Of a stretch of DNA of 64,000 nt, positions 46,801 to 58,959 are shown one piece after another. Position 1 is the first letter of the stretch. Each line of letters starts with the position of its first letter. Both the position numbers and the translations under genes were made by a program. The notes under the pieces were generated by a model. The model saw only the letters and a list, made by a program, of their open reading frames with translations. It was not told the origin of the DNA and searched no databases. The stretch is from a virus. The stretch is from positions 338 to 64,337 of IMG/VR virus record IMGVR_UViG_3300029305_003340, one strand, 5' to 3'.

Positions 46801-49800
46801 TCCAGAAGTTACTCCTTTACCATTGTATTTAGCACCCTTAAGAGTGTACCAAGTATAAGTTGTACCACTGCTAGATTCGACATGGCTAGCTGATATTGGA
46901 ATATTAACAGGAGTTGAGTTAGGAGGAGTGTAAATATAATTACCACTTTGTTCAGTGAGTTCTGCTGTTGGAGGGACCGTTACAGTATGCTCTTCAATTT
47001 CAGCATCTACACCCATACTGCTTAAATTATCTGACATCGCTTGAGCAGCTTCTGCTGTGCTAAATATCATAGAATTTAATTTAGCATTAAAATCTGCATC
47101 GTCGATAGAGGCTCCTGGAGTTAATCCACTAAAATCTAAGCTTGCAGCGTGAGCAACAAGGTCATTCATTTGAGAAATCATATCATCAGATAAACCTTTA
47201 AAAGCCCTATCTGTTTTATTTAAAGATTGAAAAACAGCAGTTTCCCATTGATTCATAGCTTCTTCATTACCATTAATTCCTTCTTGTAACAAATCCCAAT
47301 TATCTACAAGAACTTTAGGATCTAAAGCTTCAAAAGTATCATCGTCCATATTAGCAATATCCTAAATTGCTTTGCGAAATGCTGCTAAAGCTTTTGACTA
47401 TTTTTCAAGGTCTCCACTATGAATCTATTCATTCCATTCTTCTTGGTTATCAATCATTTCTTTGACGCCTCGATTATATCGTTTATGCGCTAAAGCTATT
47501 TTATTCAATAATTTTGGCTATTCTTTTAATTCTTCATTCTATTCTGCTAATAAATCTCTATAAGCCTTAAATTCTTCAACATCCAAGTCTAAAGCTTCAG
47601 CTTCAGCCTCTCCTGCAGCATTAGCAGCATTTTTATAAACATCAAAATCATAGTCTTCTAATCCAGCTGCGAAATTATTTAAGAATTCTTCTGCATTTAT
47701 ATTTAATTCATCCATTTCATTTGATGTTAAACCAAATAACTCCTAAATTAAACTTTCGCCTTCTCCATTTTGAATTCGCTATTTAATCTCTTCCACTTCA
47801 CTAGGAGATAATTCTGGGAAAATTGAACTAAAATCAAAATCTTGATCAGGATTCGCAACAGCATTAATAAAAGCACTTGACCAATCAGCCCCATATTTTT
47901 CTGGAGAGCCTAGAACCTATCCGAATAATTCAGTCGCTCTATCTTCTGTTAAAGTTTCAGAAGATAATTGATCAATCGTCTAAGAAACAATATAATCAGC
48001 TATCTAATTAGCCCACATCTCTTGGCCAGCTTCATTTGTAATTTCTTCATTCGTAACTCTTTGACCATCAGCAGTAGTATAACTAACAGTATTTCCACCC
48101 TTTTTATTGTCTACTACTACAATATTAGAAGCTCCTTGTGCCAATAGAGCATGTTTAATCATTTCTTGAGAATTGATATTTCCGCCATAAGAAACCTCTG
48201 CCCCATTAAACATTTGTGAATATACATCTTCAAAATTCTAATCTTTAAGATAAGCATTAAACTATGTTTTCATACTACTTTCTATGAAATTACCAGCATC
48301 ATTATTAGTTGTATTAGAAGAAATTATTCTCTATATTTTTTCTGTCGCATTTATTGTCTAATCTATATTATCCTAATTAGCAACTACAGTTCCAATAGCA
48401 GCTTCTAAATTTGAAGCAAGAGTTGAATCATAACCTTTTTCTCCTGTAGCTAAAGCGGTAATTTCTTCAGAATACTATTCTCCAACATTGCTCCTAATAA
48501 AACTTTCTGCATAATAATTATTTTTATCTGCTGCTGCCTAAGCACTTTCTCCTAATTTATAAAGACCAGGAATAGCAGCATCTGTAATAACAGAACTCAT
48601 ATTATCTATAATAATTTGAGAAAGTCCTAAAGCCTCTCCTTGTTCACTTAATTTTTCTATTAATTCATAAGCTGCAAGTTTAATACCATCGGAAACTTCC
48701 TAAATTGCTAAGCTTAAATCTAACAATTCTTCATCGTAAAGCCCTCTTTGGGCTGTCTATTCATCGCCGTACTCATCTTTATAAGTATAATTAACAGATC
48801 CAAGCGGTATATCTTTTCTCTCTTGTGAAATCCATTTATTTAAAGACAACTATTCAGCATAAATTTTTGCAGAATTCATTTGTCTATAAGCAGACTCTTC
48901 TCTAGCTTCCATAAGTTTCTATGCCTCAGCTAAAGCATCTTCATCAATTACAATTAAACCATTTTCATATCTATAATTATTAAATAACCCATAAGTTTCA
49001 ATTAAATTTCTAGCTTTTTCATTTGCTTCTTCTAAAGCGTCAGCATATTCTTTTGTAGATTTATCCAATCCATCTAAAGCATTAACCGCACTATCATAAT
49101 CTGAAATTGCCTGTTTAAAAGAGTCAGCAGCATTTTTAAGTTCTTCATATTTTGTTGTTAATTTAGTAACATTTTCATTAGCTTTGTTAATTGCATTTTC
49201 TTCAGCATTAATAGCATTTACTATGGCTTTAACGGCTCCCACCACAAGAATGGCTGCAGCTGCTAATGCAGCATAAATAGCGATTTTCTTTAAATGCAAT
49301 CCATTTAAAATCGTTTCTAAAGCAATTTGAAGAGTCAAAGTCCCATTCCGCTTATGGTCAGCTAATGTCTGAATTGTTGTAGCAAAAGCAGCTTTAATTT
49401 TAGTCATTACACTAATTTTTTCAATATTAGCGCCTTCTTTTTTTAATCTATTAGATAAAGCAATAATATAAGCTTCTTTTTCCTCTTCAGCGATTAAACC
49501 TTCCTAAATTGCTAAATTCGCCATTTTCTATAAAAACAACTCTTTATCAGCAGCTCTATTCGCCAATTTAATTACAGCTTCCATTTTATACTGTCCAAGC
49601 TATTGGTCTAAAACTCCTTTATAAAGCTAATTAGCAGCAATTAATCTAAAAATAGAAACTAAATTTCCATTAAAAGCAGTGTTCAAACTGGAGAAAGATC
49701 CAATTAAACTTGGAATTAACATACTTAATCCAGTAAAACTAGTTAAAAGTTTCTCCCCAAAAGACAAATCTTCATTATTCCAAGCATTAAAAATAGATTT

Positions 49801-52395
49801 TACAGAATTCGCAGCCATAGCCACTTGACCCAGTCCGCCCGCCAAAGCAGAGACTCTTTCAATAGAAGAAGTTATATGTTTAGGCTAAAAATCATTTAAA
49901 GCTTGATTCAAACTTTTAGTTAATTTTTCTGCCTTGTTGACTCCTTCGCTATATTTATTCATCTTAGAAATTAAAGACTCTATTTTATCATTCCCATAAA
50001 TTTCGCTTAAAATTCTTTTTAAATCATTTGCTGGAATTTTACAATTAGTTAAAGTTTTTATTAAATTATCTAACGCCCGATTCATATCATTTTCAGAACC
50101 AGCTTTATTAATTTCTGATAAAACTTGTCTTAACTACGAAGACTGTTTAACTGAATTTGGTAATAATGAAGTTAAATCTGAAATACGATTTCTAACTTCT
50201 TCAATGCCAACATCATCAATATTTTTAAAATCATTTTTGATTTTTTCTACCTAAGTTGATAAATGAGATAAATTTAATGTAACTTCTTGAAACTTTCCAG
50301 TTGATAATCCTTTACTAAAAGCTTGCATCAAAGGCTATCCAATTTTAGTTTGGATATCTCCTTCTAAACTATCTAAAAGCACCGAATAATTTCTATGGAA
50401 TTCATCTAAAGAATCTAATTCAGCAACACTTTCAGTATCTTGTCTTCTTTTTATCATCGAATCTTCTGCCTTAAAAGCTTTATCCCTAATCTTTTCAGCA
50501 TTTAAAGCTTCTCCAGATTCAATCGCTTTTTGAGTTAAATTAATTTCTTCCATTAAAGCTTCATTTTTCTATTTTATAGAAATTATTTCTTGCTGTTGAG
50601 ATTGAGCTAAACTTAATTCCATCTATGCCAATTGCTTTTCAGCATCTGTCATTTTAGAAGAAGCCATTGATAATTTTAATCGAGCAGCAGCTAATTGATT
50701 AGCAGAATCAATTGAAAATCCCATAGCTGAATCTTTTGAAATAGTAGATCCCAATTGCCCAGAAAAAGCTTTTTCAGTAGAAGCCACCATATCAGTTTGA
50801 ATTTTTTTATAAGCCTAAGCAGATCCTCTTGTTAATAAAGTAAGATTATACTATAAATTCTAAATTGCTTCTGGTATTTTATGAGCAAAATTGCTAAGCA
50901 TTACTGAAGCAAACATAGTAATAACGCCTTTTGCCCCACCAATACCTTTTACAAATTCACCGATACCAGTAAGTAAATCTGCGAAACCATTATTTATTGT
51001 AATAAAAAATTTATCATCTAATAAATTCTGATAAATACTTTCAGCCGCTGCCGCTACTCTATCTCTAGCAGCTTCCCAGCTTTCAGCATAAATTTCAGCT
51101 TGCTTATTAAGCTCTCCTTCAGCCCCATAAGCGACACCAAGATTTTCTTTAAAATAATCCCAGTTATCCATCAATGCTATTAATTGAGTATATTGACGAA
51201 CTCCCGCAACAGTCTGCGCTAAAGCCGTCTATTGAGCCTTATCTAAAGTATCCCATTTAGCTCCCATTTCATCAAGGATATCATCCATCTCTTTCATTTG
51301 ACCGTTTTGTTCAAAGATAGAAATACCAACTTTTTCAAGAGCCTATGAATATTTATTTAAAGTTGTTCCATCATCAAGGGTCTCACCTAAATTTAAACCT
51401 TGAATACGAGCAAATAAAGTTTTAAATGCATTACCAACAACGTCAGCACTTTGTCTTGTAGTTGCAGTAACAGTAGCAAGAGCAGCAGTAGCATATTCAT
51501 AACTCAAACCAACAGTCTCAGAAACAGCAGCAAACTTTTCAAGTCCATCAGCGATTTCATCTGTGCTAGACGCAGTAGCCGCACCAAGAGCAGTCATAAC
51601 GTCAGCATAATATTCAAGCGACTTGCTACCATCATCAAAGTTGTTCCAAACAGCGGTCATCTGATCAGAAACAGTCTAAGCATTAACTCCAGCTACATTA
51701 GCCATCTTAATAGTGACATCAGTACGCTCTTTTACTTCTGCGTCACTTAAACCCTGTTGATAGTAAATCAAAGATGCATTAGTATATTCGGTAGTAGTGG
51801 CACTTAAAGCTTTTGCGGACTTGTTTGCCTATTCCGCAAACTTTGCCATCTAATCTACGCTCTATCCAGTAACAATACGAATATTGTTTAAAGATTCATT
51901 TAAATCTTGGGCATACCCATATGCGTGCTAAATTGTGCCCATAAAACCATGAAGAATACTAGAAGAAATTTGCCAACGAGCTGTATTCTTCAAAGTTGTT
52001 AACATTTCAGTTAATTTCGCATTAACTCTAAACATTGGCTAATCGGCCATAGATATACTCTATGCCAATTGTGCAAATGCCTACTACCCTGCTGAACCAG
52101 CACTTAATAATTTAGTCGATAAATCTGCAATATTCGCCCCAGAAGCCTTTAAACTTCTATCTAATTTACTTAAATCAAAATTTCCAGTAGTGGCATTATA
52201 AGCATTATTTAAATGGTACTATAATTGCTTAGCTGCCTCAGAAGCTTCTTTTATCTATTGTGCAGAATTGCCTACAATATTACCAGTTCCTGCATAAGCA
52301 ATTTTACTTAAACTTGCCTATAAATCTTGAATCGCGGTTTTAGCCTGGCCGGTCTCCGCAGTAAAATTAAGTGCAACATTAAGTTGTTTAGCCAT
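43822..52395 (-). CDS. tape measure protein, 2857 aa; very TAG-rich
   Basis: Eleven ORF fragments all in the frame of ATG 52395; ASLIYYQQG, RQSADVVGNAFKTLFARI, C-terminal TGGYTG.WG.EG..HEKELIL; helical Ala/Glu-rich. Confidence 0.85.
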
Positions 52396-52442
52396 TTATA
52401 TACTACTCCTTTCTCTCCTTATAATTAATTATAAAAACAAAG

Positions 52443-52482
52443 AAAAACCCTCTTATTAGAATAATCTAATAAGAGGGTTTTT
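52443..52482 (-). terminator. intrinsic terminator / hairpin upstream of the tape measure gene
   Basis: AAAAACCCTCTTATTAGA / TCTAATAAGAGGGTTTTT perfect 18-bp inverted repeat. Confidence 0.85.
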
Positions 52483-52583
52483 CCTTATGACACTATATGC
52501 TTAAAATACTATAAAAGTATTTATAACAGAATTGTGATTATTCCTATATTAATCTAAAAAATAGATTAATTCAAATAATCAAA

Positions 52584-53108
52584 TTAGCCCATCTTGGCGA
52601 GAACAGTTTTAAGAAACTCCATATTTGCGGGATCCGCAAGCTTCTGCTGAATTTCAGTAGCATTTAAATTAAGATTACTATAATCCTGAGAAATAGTTTC
52701 CATAATACCAAGGGCAGAATTTTTATAATTATAAATAGACTTAATAGTCTCTTCAGTTGCTTCCTGAATAAAATTCATTTCTTCATCAGGGATAGCGAGA
52801 ATAATTTTCTTCGCAAGTCCAGAACCTACAAGAAAATCAAAGAGCTTATAAACATCTTCTTTTTGTTTATCAGTGAAGTTAATATTTGTATAAGCCTGAA
52901 TAATACCAATAATCTTATAAATATAAACTCGAGCAGGATTATAAAAATTATTAGTGTCAACTGAATTATTAATAATATCAGATATTAAATTTAATTTTTC
53001 TTCAACAGGAAGATACTCTTTAATTTCAATAGGCTGTTCATTGTGATAAATAGTAATCACATTTGCGTTTTTAGCTATGCTGAGCTTGGTAAAAGAAATT
53101 TTTGCCAT
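52584..53108 (-). CDS. hypothetical protein preceding the tape measure (possible tail chaperone), TAG-free
   Basis: 174-aa ORF, AAGGAGG RBS, IEIKEYLPVEEKL. Confidence 0.7.
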   Translation of the reverse strand: MAKISFTKLSIAKNANVITIYHNEQPIEIKEYLPVEEKLNLISDIINNSVDTNNFYNPARVYIYKIIGIIQAYTNINFTDKQKEDVYKLFDFLVGSGLAKKIILAIPDEEMNFIQEATEETIKSIYNYKNSALGIMETISQDYSNLNLNATEIQQKLADPANMEFLKTVLAKMG

Positions 53109-53173
53109 AATTAATTGGCCTCCTTTATCGCATTAAAAATTTTTTAAGAAAAATAATTTTTCTTTATGTATAT

Positions 53174-53281
53174 ATTATATCAAAAAATTTTTGAAAAGTC
53201 AAATTTTTTCTTGGAGAATTTTTTGATAGTTTCGAACCGATTCTATGTTTATATTATACCAAAAATTTTTTAAAATGTCAA
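53174..53281 (-). promoter_or_regulatory. two tandem consensus sigma-A promoters with extended -10
   Basis: TTGACA(53281-76)-17-TGgTATAAT(-10 at 53258-53) and TTGACT(53202-197)-17-TGaTATAAT(-10 at 53179-74). Confidence 0.85.
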
Positions 53282-54274
53282 ATTTATATTTATTTCTTTT
53301 TCTAATTCTTTTTGATGATATCTTAAAAAAGCAGATAAACTTCTCTATGTCATTTCTTTAATTTGAGGCTTATATCCCTTATCCAATTCTTCTTTGGTAA
53401 ATTTATTTATAAAACTCCAAATAGCATCATCAGAAAAATTTTCACTTTGAATTTTTTTGAATTCTTTTATAATTTCTTTCGTCCCTTGAGGCGAACCAAA
53501 AGCTCCTTTAACAGCGTACTACACTCCATCCTTATACACGTCTCCAATTAAATAACCTCTTGTGGCATCAGCTTTAATTGCTCCATTATCACTGGTCATA
53601 AATTTATCAATATTTTCTTCCATTCCTGACTCTAATTTTATTTTATGGATATAAAAATTCATAAAAGCCTCATTAATAGGACCTCTATTTGTTAATCTAT
53701 ATCCTTTCCATTGGCCAACATACCATAATACTCTTTTTTTGTAAGTAGAATATCTTCGTTCTACCTCCATTGCAGTGGCCTAAAGTCCTTCATTATCATC
53801 GTCAGGCAATCCATTTTTTAATGTTTCATAATGAGATGAAAAGTCATATCCTAATTTATAGAAAGGATTTCCATTCCAAGCAACTCCTCGAACAATACCT
53901 AAATGATCAACAGTATTATCAGAAATTCTAACTTCTCTCCGACCCTATTCATCAACATGAATATATGACATAACAATTTTTTGTCCTAAAAAAGCATTTA
54001 TTAAATTTTGAATCTTAAAAAAATCAGCATAAATAAATTCTTTCTGTGACTCTAATTTACTTAAAGCCTACCCTATCGTTGCAGGTTTTTCAGAGGTAAT
54101 CTTTTCATATTGTTCAACTTTTTTTAAAAAAATCTTTATACTTTTTTTTATTTCTTCCAACAAAGAACTTGAACCAATCAATTCTGTTGCAATGGAATTA
54201 GTTAAATCCTCATGAGTAATAACACTTACTTCTTCAGCAATTTCACTTGCTACTCCAGCTATTTCTTGATCCAT
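53270..54274 (-). CDS. hypothetical protein, 334 aa; several TAGs
   Basis: ORFs 54068-54274 and 53519-53770 are in the same frame; TAA at 53270-53272. Confidence 0.7.
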
Positions 54275-54304
54275 CTATTTCTAATCTCCTTTCCCTCAAA
54301 ATAT

Positions 54305-54341
54305 AAAAAAGGGAAGAGGACGATATCCTCTTCCCTTTTTT
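54305..54341 (-). terminator. intrinsic terminator after the tail tube operon
   Basis: AAAAAAGGGAAGAGGA / TCCTCTTCCCTTTTTT. Confidence 0.85.
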
Positions 54342-54342
54342 A

Positions 54343-54522
54343 TTAAATTTTTTCGTTGTTTAAAAATTCCTCAATAGAGGGTTCCGCAATAATTGGAACT
54401 TCTTTTACTATTGGCTTTTCCTTTACAACTTTCTTTTCTGGCTTTTTAGGAGCAACTTTTTCCTTTTTTACAGGAGCAGTTTTCTTTCTCTTTTCAGGCC
54501 AAGTAGTATGAATTACTGCCAT
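54343..54522 (-). CDS. small Lys-rich protein, 59 aa
   Basis: MAVIHTTWPEKRKKTAPVKKEKVAPKKPEKK...; starts 2 nt after the tail tube stop. Confidence 0.55.
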   Translation of the reverse strand: MAVIHTTWPEKRKKTAPVKKEKVAPKKPEKKVVKEKPIVKEVPIIAEPSIEEFLNNEKI

Positions 54523-54524
54523 AA

Positions 54525-55571
54525 TTACATAATGAACTTGTCATCATGTCCAGGCTCATGAGCAGTGCTGTGACGATGTAAGTCAAGAGCAGCGGCATCT
54601 TTAATGATCTGGATAGCGGCAAGAACTTTCTTAGATTTGTCAAAACGAGTATAATCAGGGAAAGCGTCCATTGTAAAGGTGAAGGTAGAAGGATCACCAG
54701 AAGAAGCCATAGTAAATGTAAAGTTAGACTGAATCTTGCAGTTAGGAATAATAAATTCAGCTGGCATATCAACACCATTTTGATCACGGAATAAAGTAGA
54801 AGCTTCAAGATAATAGTTTCCACCAAACTTATCAGCAGTAATCTCAATTTGCTGAGCTTCGCCATGACGTTCAACATAGTAATCAACAAGAACAGCGTCA
54901 TAAGCAATACCCTTACCAGTTAAAACGCCATCAATTGTATACTCAGCGACATGAGGGGGATCCTCACCCTCAATACCTTGAATGTAATTAGGATGTCCAG
55001 CAACAGTAATTAAATAACCACCAGCTTCATCTTTCTCAATGTCATAATTAGGATCTGTATCAGTACCAGCATTTTTGGTATGAACAGGAATATATGGCTC
55101 AGAAATAATCTCGCCATTCTTCATGAACATTACATATGCAAAATTTTCGCCTTTATCTTCAGGCATATAAGGCATATTCTTTAAACGAATAGTATAGGTT
55201 TTTCCACCGTCTTCGCCACCAGTGCCTTCAGTAATACCAGATGCATCAACAGTTTCGGTCATATGCTGATAAATGGGTTGCTCTTTACCAGAAATGAGTC
55301 CAGCACCAGAAAGAATCATAAATCCTTCAGGAGAGATAAGAGCATCTTCCATAGTGAAGGTAACAGTTCTTTCACCTTCCCAAGCAACGAGACGAGCATT
55401 ACCACGACCACCCTGTGCATAAACAGTGGTAGCAGCACCTTCCATGCTAGAAGTCTTTAAAGTATCAAAATAAATAACTGGCTCACCAGCATAGAAAATT
55501 TTATCACCAATTTTTTGAGCAGCCTTAGCTTTTAAGACTACATCGCAAATCTCGCGAACACCAAATTTCAT
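54525..55571 (-). CDS. major tail (tube) protein, TAG-free
   Basis: MKFGVREICDV, VYAQGGRGNARLVAWEGER, FTFTMASSGDPSTFTFTMDA; located between neck genes and the TMP. Confidence 0.75.
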   Translation of the reverse strand: MKFGVREICDVVLKAKAAQKIGDKIFYAGEPVIYFDTLKTSSMEGAATTVYAQGGRGNARLVAWEGERTVTFTMEDALISPEGFMILSGAGLISGKEQPIYQHMTETVDASGITEGTGGEDGGKTYTIRLKNMPYMPEDKGENFAYVMFMKNGEIISEPYIPVHTKNAGTDTDPNYDIEKDEAGGYLITVAGHPNYIQGIEGEDPPHVAEYTIDGVLTGKGIAYDAVLVDYYVERHGEAQQIEITADKFGGNYYLEASTLFRDQNGVDMPAEFIIPNCKIQSNFTFTMASSGDPSTFTFTMDAFPDYTRFDKSKKVLAAIQIIKDAAALDLHRHSTAHEPGHDDKFIM

Positions 55572-55592
55572 GGTATATTTTCCTCCTTATTT

Positions 55593-56318
55593 TTAATGAA
55601 TATTTTTCATCCAATTGTCAGGCCTTGAATCAGGTTTACCACCCGCAAGACGAGATCTAATATCTAAATCCCAATTAATATAAAGATTATACCTTTCAAT
55701 TAAATCATACAATTGGAACATAGTAAGATCTGCCAAATCCTATAAACCCATTGAATTTAATCCAACAGTAAGAATAGACAGATACTAACTAAATACACTT
55801 GCATTTGAGCTACCATTTTGTGCGGCAACTCTTTGCCTACCTCGCATTAACTTTTCAGCAATTTCTCTTGCTTTATCATTTGCGGGATTGAAGGCCTATT
55901 GATCCATTGGTCCATTTTTGGAACAAAAGATCATTCTCAAAATATTTTGTAGATATTCAAAATTATTCTCGTCGATTGTGACATTACCATTCTCTGTCTA
56001 TACGACTAGAGACTGCGGAGTAACCAATATCTTATATTGTGGGAATAATATTGTAAATACCTATTTTACAGCATCGCGTTTATCACGAGCTTCTTTCTGT
56101 GACATTATCGTCATAAATATCTAAAAATTATTTGTATTTGCTAAAACATCTTTGCCCTCTACAAACATAGATTTATTAAGACAAAGACATTGGGCTCCTA
56201 CAAAAAATTCTTGTTCCCCTATTAATGCAATTTCTTTTATCCTCGGCTAATGAACTACAATCTAACACTCAGGCACCGGAATGTCGGTCCCGCACATCAT
56301 CGCCAAACGATAATCCAT
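55593..56318 (-). CDS. tail assembly-associated protein, 241 aa; about 8 TAGs
   Basis: MDYRLAMMCGTDIPVPEC*IVVH*PRIKEIA...LTMFQLYDLIERY...RLAGGKPD; missing from the ORF track, coupled to its neighbour. Confidence 0.7.
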
Positions 56319-56899
56319 TATTCAACAGTTAAATCCTTAAAATCTTGTAAGAATCTTTCTTCAGTAGCCGGGTTAGGCATACCCTTCTTATCTTCTTCCC
56401 CATGAACGGCCCTATACATTAAACAGAGGCCCGCAAACTCGTCGGTAAGAATCATTTGATTAGCCCCAAGGAACTCAACCTCGCCAATTCCGGTTAAATG
56501 TTTTCCATTAAACATAGAATCAATTTCTGCCGCAATTTTATAAGGTCTTAATGCAAAATCTTGAAGTTGCCATTGATCAAAATGGCAAATAATATCAAAC
56601 TCAATTATATTATCTCTAAACTCTGGATTGCTACTGGGAGTAAAATTATCAAAGCTAATAATAATATAATTTAAAACTGACCCATCAACATAAAGTTTAG
56701 GAACAGTTTTAATATTCTTACCAAACATTTCAATCATCTGATCATCAGTAATATTTGGTTTGCTTAAAGCATCTTTAGTTGTATAATAAAGTAATCTCTT
56801 TAATCGTTCATTTTTAAACATTTTATCTACAATTAAATTCATATCTTTTTCAGTAGATAAAAAACTTGATTTGGGGATTTGATAACCGTCAATTCTCAA
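56318..56899 (-). CDS. neck/tail-completion protein (putative)
   Basis: 193-aa ORF, FDIICHFDQW..RPYKIAAEIDSMFNG; position in the head-tail module. Confidence 0.6.
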   Translation of the reverse strand: MRIDGYQIPKSSFLSTEKDMNLIVDKMFKNERLKRLLYYTTKDALSKPNITDDQMIEMFGKNIKTVPKLYVDGSVLNYIIISFDNFTPSSNPEFRDNIIEFDIICHFDQWQLQDFALRPYKIAAEIDSMFNGKHLTGIGEVEFLGANQMILTDEFAGLCLMYRAVHGEEDKKGMPNPATEERFLQDFKDLTVE

Positions 56900-56919
56900 T
56901 TAAATCTCTCCTTTAGCTC

Positions 56920-58062
56920 TTAGAACAAAGACTCCACAACTATGGTCTTTTTATAATCGAGTAAAGGACCATCACTATCTCCATACCAAAGATCGAATTG
57001 ACCACTGTAAGTAGCCATCCATTTAATCTTAATTGCGGTTCGTCCTTGTTCATCTTCAAAAATCTCTTTTTGTATTGGTAATTTATTATCAGAAACATAC
57101 CACTAACCATAAAGAGCACTTTCAATATAATAAACATACTCTTTCTTTGGCTTAATAAATGTTTCACCAACAATAACAAATTCAGATTCAGTTCCTTCAT
57201 TTGGATCAATGGGCTTAGTAATTAAAGCTCCAACTAATCCAGCTTCAATATCATCTTCATGTTCATTGGCATAATATTCAACCGCTGAAATTTCAATAAT
57301 ACCAGGAGTACTCATAGTGTCTACCGCCTCAACTCGCCAGCAAACCTAATCTTCTCCTTCAACTAAATCTTGTAAATAAAACTTTTTATATCTTTTAAAC
57401 TATTTTAATGTATCCTTATTTTTAGGAATTAAAATATTTAAAGAATAATTTGGATTGTCAACACTGATACCATGTTTTTGAATATAATCTATTTTAGTTT
57501 CGACCGGGCCTCGCATTGCAATATAAGTTTTCTTCTCCTGGCCTTCATCATCCAGCCAAGAAATCTCATAAGAGCATTTCCTAATATCGCCTCTAAAATA
57601 AGCAAGTTCAGTTAAATCCTATAAATAAATTAACCAATAGGTCCCAGTATTGCACCATTCAAAAACATCCCCAGTAGAAAAGCCATGTTCAAATCCAATT
57701 GAAATAATTTTATCATCATAATCTTGTTTCAATTTATTTGGATTAATTAAAGCTCTTACTGGCGGCTATTCACGAACGCCTTCCATAGTAGGCTCATAGT
57801 CTGGAATAAATTTCTTAACCAAAGCAGCCTAATATGAATATAAAGTTGCTTTATCTAATGAGCGTCGTTTATCTCGAATCATACGATTCTATTGCGGGAA
57901 TCCTCCCTTGGCTTCTAATCTCTTAGCCATATCATTGGCACCTTCAACAGTATCAGGTTTGTATTTAGGCAAATCAGTTCCACCCATACGCTAATTCATA
58001 AGCTTTAACGCAATATTGGCCCCAATAAAATTGGGATATAATCTTTCAAACTATTGTTGCAT
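56920..58062 (-). CDS. head closure/neck protein (putative), 380 aa; many TAGs
   Basis: RALINPNKLKQDYDDKIIS, GDVFEW..TYWLIYL*DLTELAYFRG; includes ORF 57103-57315. Confidence 0.65.
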
Positions 58063-58354
58063 ATTTAAATTCCTACAACAGATTTATAATTTCAAACACT
58101 GTTTTTCTATAAATCTGAAATTCTAAATCAGCCTAAACCTTTAAACCTTCTAACTTTGATAATATCTATAAAAATTGCGGTTCCTGAACAAAAATTTCAT
58201 TCAAGCCCGCAATTTCAATAAGCACAGTATCAAGTTGTTTTTGCCAATCTTCTTCATGCTCTTTCATTGGAATTAATTTCCAAATTTGATTGGTTAAGCG
58301 AATTACATCTTTTTGAATTACTTCCGCAGGAAAGTTAAAACCATATTTAGTCAT
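58046..58354 (-). CDS. hypothetical protein, 102 aa; 3 TAGs
   Basis: Read-through of ORF 58166-58354 to TGA at 58046-58048. Confidence 0.65.
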
Positions 58355-58935
58355 CTAATAGCACTCTTTTCTCGCAATACTGACCAATTAGAGCGATATT
58401 CTCCATTATCAATAATTTTTCTGCGCTTATAGAGTCTCTACATGTGGTGAGATTGTCTTTGAGTCTCACTTAACAGAGCTAATAATTTAGATAAATGATT
58501 AGCCTACGAAGTCATTTTGAAATCAGCTCCGCTGTATTTCATTCTGGTATTCTCAATAGATGTAACCTAACGCTGAACCCATGCAACCATCATGAGTATG
58601 GCTAAAATATTAATTTCTTCAGAGGTCAGTTCTGCTGCAAAAGCAGAAGTCTCAACAAGAACTAAAGGGACACGCCCTATTTCTGTTTGAATATCTTCCC
58701 AGACTAAACCAATAATAAAATCAGTTGTTAAAACTTCATTTTCCGGTTTAGTTACTTGACTAATTTCATAATCATATAAATTATGTCTTGGAAATTCAAA
58801 ATTAGGGATTGCGTCAATAAGCATTGTCCGCAAGTCTCTAATAGTATCCTCTGGGGTTAATTCAACATACATATCATCTGTAATTTTTCCGAGAAAACGA
58901 TTATACACATCTGTGAATGGGGTTCCCATCTGCAT
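58351..58935 (-). CDS. head-tail adaptor/connector (putative), 194 aa; 3 TAGs
   Basis: GTPFTDVYNRFL..ITD, LTSEEINILA, DFKMTS*ANHL. Confidence 0.65.
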
Positions 58936-58959
58936 ATTCTCCTTTCTCAAAAGAGTTAA

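Noticed and set aside
53225-53245. GGTTCGAA resembling a tRNA T-loop (possible suppressor tRNA)
   Set aside because: No cloverleaf stems or anticodon arm around it; no tRNA was recognised in this window.
52584-54522. Programmed frameshift tail-chaperone pair between tube and TMP
   Set aside because: Genes here are separated by terminators and promoters, and I found no convincing slippery site joining two frames.
8766-58353. TGA also reassigned
   Set aside because: TGA occurs at plausible gene ends overlapping the next start (8768, 20302, 36440, 58351), not inside conserved domains.
14952-58935. Fragmented structural genes read as pseudogenes of a decayed prophage or as sequencing errors
   Set aside because: Breaks seen are TAG only, never frameshifts, and fragments stay in one frame over up to 8.5 kb; decay would produce all stop types and indels.
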